From Vulcanimicrobiota bacterium (GTDB lineage Bacteria; Vulcanimicrobiota; Xenobia; Xenobiales; JADMJV01): DNA of 64,000 bases. Positions 48,259 to 56,417 of the stretch are shown one piece after another (within the stretch, counting starts at the first letter, position 1; each line of letters opens with the position of its first letter). A program made the translations under genes and the position numbers. The notes below the pieces were generated by a model that did no database searches, was not told the origin of the DNA, and was given only the letters and a program-made list of their open reading frames with translations. Location: NCBI GenBank assembly GCA_050250895.1, contig JBFWNU010000001.1, positions 320,001 to 384,000 on the forward strand, written 5' to 3'.

Positions 48259-48517
48259 TCAGTCGAGGTTGCCTGAGGAGAGACGCTTCAGGAATTCCTC
48301 CGACGAGGCGACCTCGGCGGCGGCCACCATGACCGAAGAGAGCTGGGTGTCATCTTCCAGCGCCTCGACCGCTCTCCGAACATCGGGTGGAATGGGTCCA
48401 AATCGTTTCTCGAGAATTTTGATGGCTGACTCACGCATCGCCTGGCGCCCCCGCTCGAGTCCCTCTCGAAGACCCTTGTTCCAGGCCCCGCTCGAACCAG
48501 CTGTTGGTGACTTTCAT
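48259..48517 (-). pseudogene. Rpn/YhgA-like C-terminal module (DUF4351-like), frameshifted
   Basis: MKVTNSWFERGLEQG // LREGLERGRQAMRESAIKILEKRFGPIPPDV...; one extra base. Confidence 0.6.
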
Positions 48518-48564
48518 TAGATACGATTCTACAAAGTGAGCTATGTAGAAAGAGCGAGCTTTGT

Positions 48565-48781
48565 CCTTATTCTCGCTGAGGGGGTCGCTGAGCCGTCGCC
48601 CCCCGGGCGCACTCCTTGCGCGCGCAGTTATATCAGCTTCGACGTGGTCTGAGAACTGCGCCCGAGCGCCTTTCAGTCACGCCTGCGCCCTTCACCGTTG
48701 CAGTGCTTGCCCACGTCCCGCGGCGCTGGCGAGAGCGCCCTTTGGGCAAAGGACGCGCCAGCGCCCCGGTGGCGTTTCAGT
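48565..48781 (-). repeat. ~215-bp structured repeat R1
   Basis: Diverged copy at 51723-51937; multiple internal hairpins. Confidence 0.9.
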
Positions 48782-48784
48782 CTG

Positions 48785-49153
48785 TCAGCCGCCGAGCTGC
48801 TGACTAGAAACCCGAATGACGCCGAACCTTCGCCATAGGTCTTCAAGGCTTTCCGACCATAGGGAATCCTGATCGTAGAAGTCTTCACTCAGTTGGACTA
48901 GCCCCCAACAAAGGTCGCGTGGAGGCTTCCCTTGACAATGCTTTGAGAAAGCGATTCCCTCCCGGTCGTCAAATCTGGCGATGATCCAGCAAGGGCAGTC
49001 CGGTTCCTCCGGTGGGTCGGAATCAAAATCACAGAAACGCATCTGCAATAGGGGCTCGATCAAGAGACTTTCAAGCTGAGTTCTGTAGGTCCGATCTCGG
49101 AAAAGCTCCAGTTGACTCTGTAGTATTTCTTTGACTTCTGATGAAGATAGCAT
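48785..49153 (-). CDS. Putative immunity protein for RHS toxin 1
   Basis: ATG abuts the toxin stop codon; lower GC; small and acidic. Confidence 0.75.
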   Translation of the reverse strand: MLSSSEVKEILQSQLELFRDRTYRTQLESLLIEPLLQMRFCDFDSDPPEEPDCPCWIIARFDDREGIAFSKHCQGKPPRDLCWGLVQLSEDFYDQDSLWSESLEDLWRRFGVIRVSSQQLGG

Positions 49154-50362
49154 TTATGGCGTCCTTCCAAATGCGCGGTTAAAGAGAACCTCTTCCTGAC
49201 GCGTCACGGGGTCGGAGAACTCGACGTAATGATGCAGCGGATCGGTCCAACTCGGCGAGTATATCACGTTGAACTGGCTCCTTAACAGGTTTCCTTTGGC
49301 TGTTCTAGCGTCGGGCCGGAAGCTCTGATCTCGAGCTGTGACCGATAGGCCGTGAATCATCATGTCGAAGATTCCGAATTTTTCCGACTGATTTTTCTTC
49401 GATTCTTGGTCTATGCTTTCGGCACTCTCCCATTCATTGCCATACCGGGTGAGGATCTCTTCGGAGTCGCAGCGGTGATCCTTGATCTTCCTCAGCGCTC
49501 GCTTCTTGTTCTTGCTCAACGGTTCACCCTTATAGACGCCAGCCTCAAGTGTCTTAGCTGCCCATTCTTGAGGTGTCATCAAGCGGAAATCCGAGGGCGC
49601 GAGGGTCATCGCCGCCACGCCGGCGACCACCGCTGCTGCCCCGAGTTTCACCACGCCTCTCGCGACGAGGGCGGCTCCGGGACCGTCGCCCAAAGGCAGC
49701 GGTCCATCTCCGGCGATCAGGAGAGCTCCAGCACCGATGTCCTCTCCTCCACTAATGGCGAGTTCCTTTGCAACGGCAGCCTCCCAGAGACCTGATGGGT
49801 CCACCCGATTGATGGGATTCAGACGGGCATATCCATACAAGTTCAACCCCCCAGCAAACCCGATGGGATCCCGGCTCAGGAACCTGGCCAAGGTCGGGTC
49901 GTAATGCCGCTGCCGCATGTAGAGCAGCCCCGTGTCGGCCGCGTCGTCGTGCACGCCCAGGCCCCCCACGTAGGTCTTCGGGCTATCCGAGTCGGAACTC
50001 GGGTCCTTAACCCCCCACTCGTCGTGGAGATAGTTGGAAGTCGCCCCGTTCGAGGCCCGGACCATCACCCGCACCGAGGACAGCCCATCGGTTAGAAAGT
50101 GGAAGAAGTCGCTACCCTTCTGGAAGCCCAGCAACTGCTGCCCCATCAGGTAGCTGAAGGCGTCCGAGCCGTCGACCTCGGAGACGGTAGGCAGCCCAGA
50201 GTAGAAGCTCTTGGGCTTCACCCCGGCGCGCGCACCTTCTTTTTGCTGCAGGTTGCCGGAGTTGACGGTGGTCGCGTCAGGTTTCACAACCAAGCGTCAG
50301 GCGGTCGAAGTCGCTCCAGAAGTAGTTCGTAGTTGCTCGCGTCCGGCTCGGGTCGAGGACCC
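49154..50362 (-). pseudogene. Orphan RHS core fragment plus C-terminal toxin 1
   Basis: GLLYMRQRHYDPTLARFLSRDPIG...NLYGY..NP.NRVDPSGL; 5' part degraded by indels (open ORF 49154-50293). Confidence 0.85.
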
Positions 50363-50592
50363 TAACCCCCTCCGCGCACACGTGTGTCAAAAATTTTTCA
50401 GATGCGGCCGCCCAACCGCCTCGGAGGAGCCTCGCCCCTAGACTGCTCGTGATAGCCCCTCCAGGACCCCCTCAGGCATTTGAACAGCCGAGTTTGAAGA
50501 AATCTTCATTTTGGCCTCGAAAAGCTCGAATAATCATCACTCAGAAAACGCGCAAATGCTTGTAAAACAATGGATTGCTTCGCATCGAATCT

Positions 50593-50622
50593 TTGACGAA
50601 CAACGGGGGCAAAGGCTATCAT
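50593..50622 (+). promoter_or_regulatory. TTGACG-N18-TATCAT promoter for the HNH gene (leaderless)
   Basis: Near-consensus hexamers 6 nt before ATG 50629. Confidence 0.65.
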
Positions 50623-50628
50623 GGACTT

Positions 50629-51687
50629 ATGATTACCGATCAAAAGCAACGCGAATTCTGGACCGTCGAAAACTTGAGCAAGCTTCCTCACGAGCGGCTG
50701 GAAAGGGTGATCCGTCGCCTGGCCAACACCCTGGCCCTGACTCGCATCCTGCTGGGGCGATGTCTATTGGCTATCGAGCGCACCGATTTTTGCGCCGAGA
50801 CCGGCTGCCATTCGGCTATCCACTTCGCCCGGCTAATCAAAGTTGAGAAGCGCGAGGCGCTAGATTCGATGCGGATCGCCGGCCATCTCGAAGAGCTGCC
50901 GCTGTTCTCCAAAGCCTGCGAAGAGAACCGAATCTGCTGGTCCAATCTGCGTGTGGTCACGCGCATCGTGACGCCCGAGACCGAAGAGGCCTGGCTTGAC
51001 CTGGCAGTGCGCCTCAAGCCTCATCGCCTGGCTCGTTTAGTGAGCGGAGCCAGCCGCGGTGACACTCCGGCCGAGGCGGCGCTGAATATGGTAGAAGAGG
51101 TCGAGCTTCGTTTTCGGGTGACTCCCGAGGTGTCCGAGCTGTGGTCGCGAGCGGTGACCGTAATCTCGAGAGACAATGGGGGTACGCTCAATCCGGCCGA
51201 GGCGTTCGAATGGATCCTGGCCGACTTTCTGGGTGGGCAGGTAGAGCAGCTCAAGGTTGAAGCCGGCCAGGAGCTGGCCGCTCCCGTCGAGGCGCTGGCA
51301 ATGCAGACACACGTGTGTCCGGGCGAGTCGAAGTTGCAATTGGCCGGACGGTTGAGGTTCAATCCCAGCAAGCGGCAGGCGACTGCCGCCCAGCGCCGGG
51401 CAGTGCTGCGGCGGGATGGCTATCGCTGCTCTTGTCCGGGTTGCCCCAACCGTCTCTGGCTCGATGTGCATCACGTGGTGTTCTACTGTCGGGGCGGACC
51501 GACGGTGCCCGAGAATCTGGTGGTGGTGTGCTCGCGCTGCCACAAGAACATCCACAAAGGGATCCTGCATGTGAGCGGGGTTGCTCCCCAGGAGCTGGTC
51601 TGGCGCGATCGTCGCGGCCGTGACCTCGAACGCCAGCGAGAGAGCGGGCTATTGGAATGGCTGCTGGAATGGGCTCGAGCTGGCTAA
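50629..51687 (+). CDS. HNH endonuclease with DUF222-like N-terminal region
   Basis: RRAVLRRDGYRCSCPGC...DVHHV....GG.T...NLVVVCSRCHK.IH. Confidence 0.88.
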   Translation: MITDQKQREFWTVENLSKLPHERLERVIRRLANTLALTRILLGRCLLAIERTDFCAETGCHSAIHFARLIKVEKREALDSMRIAGHLEELPLFSKACEENRICWSNLRVVTRIVTPETEEAWLDLAVRLKPHRLARLVSGASRGDTPAEAALNMVEEVELRFRVTPEVSELWSRAVTVISRDNGGTLNPAEAFEWILADFLGGQVEQLKVEAGQELAAPVEALAMQTHVCPGESKLQLAGRLRFNPSKRQATAAQRRAVLRRDGYRCSCPGCPNRLWLDVHHVVFYCRGGPTVPENLVVVCSRCHKNIHKGILHVSGVAPQELVWRDRRGRDLERQRESGLLEWLLEWARAG

Positions 51688-51722
51688 GTTGCGGCGACGG
51701 AGAAGTGACCCCCGATACTAGA

Positions 51723-51937
51723 CCTTTCTCTCGCGGAGGGGGTCGCTGAGCCGTCGCCCCCGGGCGCGCTCGTTTCGTGCGCAGTTATATCAGGTTCAAC
51801 GTGGTCTGAGAACTGCGCCCGAGCGCCTTTCAGCGACGGTCACGCCCTTCTCCGTTGCAGTCCTTGCTCACGTCCCGCGGCGCTGGCGAGCGCCCTTTGT
51901 CCAAAGGGCGCGCCAGCGCCCCGGTGGCGTTTTCAGT
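51723..51937 (-). repeat. ~215-bp structured repeat R2
   Basis: Diverged copy of R1. Confidence 0.9.
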
Positions 51938-51959
51938 ATTTCTGGGGCCACGCATTCAG

Positions 51960-52499
51960 CTACTTCCAGTTTTGGAAGAGGGCCTTTTCGGCGCTATACC
52001 TCCACCCTGACTTCGACTTTTCAAAAAGGAGCAAGAAGTGATTGTTCCCGTTCGGGTCGTAGAGTTCTGAATATGCCACAAGGGCTTGGTCTACTTCAGT
52101 TGAGTATGCGACTCGTGAGAATTGGATCAATCCAGGGTCCCTGTCATAACGTTTCTTGAAGTCAACCACCCAATCGTGAATCTCGTCCTGATCGGCACTG
52201 TCCATCTTCTCGAACACGGACATGTCGCATAGTTCGTGCTCGCTCAACAACTCGCCCTGCAAAAGCAATTCGCTTGGACACCCGAGGTCTGCGGTCAAGA
52301 TATTTAGCGAAAAGTAATTCTTGAGCGTCGATTCCTTCAGGCCCGATAGTTGACCCTGATAAAACCCAAGAACGCCTGAATCGTAGTGACTCGTCAACAC
52401 TCTCGGGACGGTCTTTGGGAAAATGATCTGCGGGTTTTGAAACTTCTCTTTGAGAAGGTGTCGATAGACGTCGTGATCTGTGGCTATGTTCATCATCAC
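51960..52499 (-). CDS. Putative immunity protein for RHS toxin 2
   Basis: Directly downstream of the RHS CT; lower GC. Confidence 0.65.
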   Translation of the reverse strand: MMMNIATDHDVYRHLLKEKFQNPQIIFPKTVPRVLTSHYDSGVLGFYQGQLSGLKESTLKNYFSLNILTADLGCPSELLLQGELLSEHELCDMSVFEKMDSADQDEIHDWVVDFKKRYDRDPGLIQFSRVAYSTEVDQALVAYSELYDPNGNNHFLLLFEKSKSGWRYSAEKALFQNWK

Positions 52500-53617
52500 T
52501 TCCTTTGAACGGCCGGCTTACCCACAAAAGAGCCCCTTGCAGGAATTGAGGCGCCTTCCCTGCCAATTTGGTAGCTTTGTCGACCACGTAGAGAAACTCG
52601 GGGTTATTTGGCATTCGATTCAACATGGCCTGGATATCATCGTCGGCTGGTCGTGACATTTTGGCGGTGATGACGATGTTCAATTCCTCGCAATCAGAAA
52701 GTTTGGGGACCGGAACTTTGACGAGAAGGCCAACATCTCGTCCCGTTCGATACAGATCTTTGGGTGAAAGTAGGACGTCCTCGTTAAATACGGGTCCCAT
52801 GCCGGGTCCAACGTTCTTCAAGCCGGTTCCATCGCCCTTAGAATTGAGAATGAATGCATGCACCTGCACGTTGATTCTTACAGGGAAATCCACTAAGCTT
52901 TTGAAGCTTGATGTTGCCCACGAGTTCACCGTTGTCGAAGAGCACGAATGGCTGCGGAACGACCTTCGCGACCTTCTGACCTCGCCTTGGAGGGGTCAAG
53001 TTGGTGAATTCAAACTGTTGCTTCAGACCGAGGGGGTCGACGGAGTTGGTTGGGCTGCCACCGACGTAGGCGTAGAGATTTAGACTCCCTTCGACCCCAA
53101 TGGGGTCCCGGCTCAAGAACCTGGCCAAGGTCGGGTCGTAGTGCCGCTGCCGCATGTAGAGCAGCCCGGTGTCGGCCGTGTCGTCGTGCACGCCCAGGCC
53201 GCCCACGTAGGTCTTCGGGCTATCCGAGTCAGAACTCGGGTCCTTCACGCCCCACTCGTCGTGGAGGAAGTTCGAGGTCGCCCCGTTCGAGGCCTTAACC
53301 ATCACCCGCACCGAGGACAGCCCATCGGTTAGAAAGTAGAAGTAGTCGCTGTCCTTCTGGAAGCCCATCAACTGGTGCCCCATCAGGTAGCTGAAGGCGT
53401 CGGAGCCGTCGACCTCAGAGACCGTCGGCAAGCCGGAGTAGAAGCTCTTTAGCTTTACCCCGTCATCACGCACCTTCTTCTTGCGCAGGTTGCCCGAGTC
53501 GTAGACGTTGACGGTGGTCCCGTCGGGCTTTTCGACGGCCGTCAGGCGGTCGAAGTCGTCCCAGAAGTAGTTGGTCGTCGCTGGCGTACCGCTCGGGTCG
53601 AGAACCCGGGCGATCAT
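52500..53617 (-). pseudogene. Orphan RHS core fragment plus frameshifted C-terminal domain 2
   Basis: YFWDDFDRL, HYDPTLARFLSRDPIG, PTNSVDPLGL; CT continues in another frame after about 52900. Confidence 0.8.
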
Positions 53618-53768
53618 GTGGCCATCATTGTCGAGTCGAGATTGGGTTGGCTAGCAGCCGTAGACATGCCAACTTCATCCTGGCCATCAAAGCTGCCGCA
53701 ACGGGGTTCTCGTGACGCATGAAGTCACGCCCTTGTGGACGATACATTGGCTACGGAACTATGGCCCT

Positions 53769-53969
53769 CGAACTGAGCGCCAGCTCAGTTCGCTCCCATC
53801 TCGGCGCCCGGCGCCGCTCCCATCTCGGCGCCCAGCGCCGCTCCCATCTCCACGAAGTGGCTCCTCTCTCGACGGCGCAGCCGGCGCTCCTTGTCGGCCG
53901 AAGGCCGAAGTGGCTCCTCTCTCGACGGCGCAGCCGGCGCTCCTTGTCGGCCGAAGGCCGAAGTGGCTC
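53769..53969. repeat. Hairpin plus 24-bp (x2.5) and 53-bp (x2.2) tandem repeats
   Basis: CGAACTGAGC-GCCA-GCTCAGTTCG; 24-bp units at 53791/53815/53839; 53-bp units at 53853/53906/53959. Confidence 0.85.
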
Positions 53970-56358
53970 AGGTTCGGGTTCGGCGTTCGCCGGGCAGGCG
54001 GATGCGGGCGCAGGTGCCCCCCAGGAAAGAGTAGCCGAACTCTAAACGGCCGTCGTGCTCGCTCACCACCCGCTCGCAGATCGAGAGTCCCAGCCCCAGG
54101 CCCTGCCCGACGGGCTTGGTGGTGAAGAACGGCTCGGTGATGCGCTCGAAGATCTCGGGGTCGATGCCGGGACCGTCGTCGTGCACCTCGATGCTGGTGG
54201 TGTCGGGTTCGACCACCACCTTGACCACCACTCGACCCTCGTCGCCGGCGGCGTCGCAGGCGTTGCGTAGAAGCTGCACGAGGGCCTGGCGCAGGTCCAA
54301 CAGGTGGCCTCGCACGACCACCGGCTGCTCGAGGCCACGCACCTCGATGCTCCTCTCGTCGAGCTTGGCCAGGGCCGAACTGACCAGCCCGTCTACAGCC
54401 ACGGCTTCGCGCTCGGACACTCCGTAGGAAGTAGCGTAATAGAGCAGACCCTCGGCCACGCCCTCGACCCGGCGCAGAGCGCGCTCGGCATCACGCAGGT
54501 GGCCGTGGCTGCGAGCCGGGTTGGTGTCGAGCTGGGCGGCGGCCGACTCGAGAGCCAGCTGGATGATCCCCAGCGGAGTGTTGAGTTCGTGGCTCAGGCC
54601 GGCCGCCATCTGACCGATAGCGGCCATCTTCGAGGCCCGAGTAAATTCTCGGGTCAGGTCGACCCGCTCGAGCGCGATGGCTGCCTGCTGGGCCAGCAGG
54701 GTCACCAGACTCAGATGTTCGCGGTCAAAGTGGCCCGGCTCGGCGCTGGTCAAGACCACGGCGCGCTCTTTCGACAGCGGCGCGGCCAACAAGCTGGCCA
54801 CCCCATCGGGCAGTCGCATCGGCGCCTTGTCGGCGCTCTCGGCCAGCACCGGGCGGGCGGTGCGGGTAACCAGCTCGGCGACCGAGAGCAACTCGGCCGC
54901 GACCTGCCCGGCCGGAAACTCGCAGCCCCCCTCGCGATGGATGAGATAGAAGCCCTCGTTGGGCACCAGCGCGTCGACAGTGGCCCGGGCCTGGGCGAAG
55001 ATCTCCTGGGGCTCGTTGGCCGAGAAGACGGCCCGGGCTCCGTCCAACAGCCGATTGAGCCGATAGAGCCAGCGCGAAAGCTTACGGCGCTCGGCCGAGA
55101 CATAAGCGATTTCGCGATTCTGGGTCTCGGTTCGCGAAAGTCCATCGAGCACCAGGGCCACCTGGCGAGCCACCAACCACAACATCTCGCGTTCCGAGGC
55201 TCCGTAGGGCTTCTGCGAGCGGGCCAGCAGCACCACTCCGAAGCCCGACAGGGGCGCGGCCAGACAGAATTTCTCGCTGCACAGGCGCTCGGGGCCCGGG
55301 GTGTAACGCCCGCCGGCCGGGCGGCCCTCGCGCCAGGCCTCCTCCACCGCCGCCTCGCGAGCCTCTTTCCTGGTGGGCGAGGCACCTCGCACGGCCACCG
55401 GCGCCAGGCGGTGCTCGTCGGCCAGAAAGAGGGCCACTACCTGGCTATCGAACTGGCCCTCGAGCAGGTCCAATAGCGTTTCTTGGGCCTGGGTCAACGA
55501 AGTTACCGAGGCCAGCCGACGATTGGCCGTCTCGAGAAACTGGCGTTCCTGAGAGCGCTGGGCCAGGCCGGCCTCGAGTTGCTTGAGTTCGGCGTCGAGC
55601 TGGGCCAGATCGCGCTCGCGCCGGCTCAGCCGAAAGCTCAGCGCAGACATCCCCTGCAGTTCGCGCGAGCGCACCGCTCCCAGCAAGCCATAGGCCAGGG
55701 CTAGCAGCACCAGCCCAAAGGAGAGAATGGTCCAGGCCGTTCGGTCGGGATGCAGCGCCAACAGTCGACCGGCCGCGCAAGCTCCGGCCAGAAAGAGCAA
55801 CGAGTGCAGGCGGATATTCCAGGTCACCCGATTGAGCAGCTGTTTTCGTCCGCTCACCAGGCCGGGCATGATATAGCTCAACCCGAGATAGACCAACAGC
55901 CCCAGGCCGAAGACCAGCGGGCTGTCGAAGGCCTCTACGAGTCCCAGCAAGGTCAGTAGGGGAACGGCCTCGCTGGCCGCTTCGGTCAGGCGCTTGGACC
56001 AGGATCCGCCAGAGCGAGTGACCTGCCGAGCCGTCAGACAGACGGCCAGAATGAAAGCCGCCGCCCGGGTGCCGACGTCATGGTCGCTGGCCGCCGCCAG
56101 GTAGCAACCACAGGCTAGACTGATGAACCCCCAGTGCTCGAGGCGCGCCGCCCCGAGTTCCAGGGCTAGAGCACCCAGCAGATAGAGTAAGAAGAAAGGG
56201 GATAGGGGCGGCGTGGGCTGCGAGATGAAGACAACGGCCCCCCAGGCCACCGTCAGCAGGAGCGCCGCGAAGGCTGTGGTCGACGAAGCCTGGTTCACCC
56301 GCCAAACTTCCACGGGGTCAGCCGGGTGCCTCCCGGGGGTGGTATCGACCTGTCCCAT
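53968..56358 (-). CDS. Membrane-bound GAF sensor histidine kinase
   Basis: N-terminal TMs, two GAF-like regions, SHELNTPL, NACDA, DDGPGI, PFFTTK, GLGLGL. Confidence 0.9.
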   Translation of the reverse strand: MGQVDTTPGRHPADPVEVWRVNQASSTTAFAALLLTVAWGAVVFISQPTPPLSPFFLLYLLGALALELGAARLEHWGFISLACGCYLAAASDHDVGTRAAAFILAVCLTARQVTRSGGSWSKRLTEAASEAVPLLTLLGLVEAFDSPLVFGLGLLVYLGLSYIMPGLVSGRKQLLNRVTWNIRLHSLLFLAGACAAGRLLALHPDRTAWTILSFGLVLLALAYGLLGAVRSRELQGMSALSFRLSRRERDLAQLDAELKQLEAGLAQRSQERQFLETANRRLASVTSLTQAQETLLDLLEGQFDSQVVALFLADEHRLAPVAVRGASPTRKEAREAAVEEAWREGRPAGGRYTPGPERLCSEKFCLAAPLSGFGVVLLARSQKPYGASEREMLWLVARQVALVLDGLSRTETQNREIAYVSAERRKLSRWLYRLNRLLDGARAVFSANEPQEIFAQARATVDALVPNEGFYLIHREGGCEFPAGQVAAELLSVAELVTRTARPVLAESADKAPMRLPDGVASLLAAPLSKERAVVLTSAEPGHFDREHLSLVTLLAQQAAIALERVDLTREFTRASKMAAIGQMAAGLSHELNTPLGIIQLALESAAAQLDTNPARSHGHLRDAERALRRVEGVAEGLLYYATSYGVSEREAVAVDGLVSSALAKLDERSIEVRGLEQPVVVRGHLLDLRQALVQLLRNACDAAGDEGRVVVKVVVEPDTTSIEVHDDGPGIDPEIFERITEPFFTTKPVGQGLGLGLSICERVVSEHDGRLEFGYSFLGGTCARIRLPGERRTRT

Positions 56359-56417
56359 CTGCTATAGTTACTAGTATCCACTCGCTCCTTTCACAAAAGC
56401 CCAGCAAGGGGGAACGA

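Noticed and set aside
48671-48781. TTTCAG hexamers inside repeat R
   Set aside because: Not followed by TANNNT at N10, so not counted as regulon promoters.
50629-51687. IscB, Cas9 or TnpB assignment for the HNH protein
   Set aside because: No PLMP or RuvC motifs recognised; the HNH is C-terminal as in DUF222-like proteins.
53791-53969. Possible CRISPR array
   Set aside because: The units are head-to-tail tandem repeats with no unique spacers, and no cas genes are in the window.
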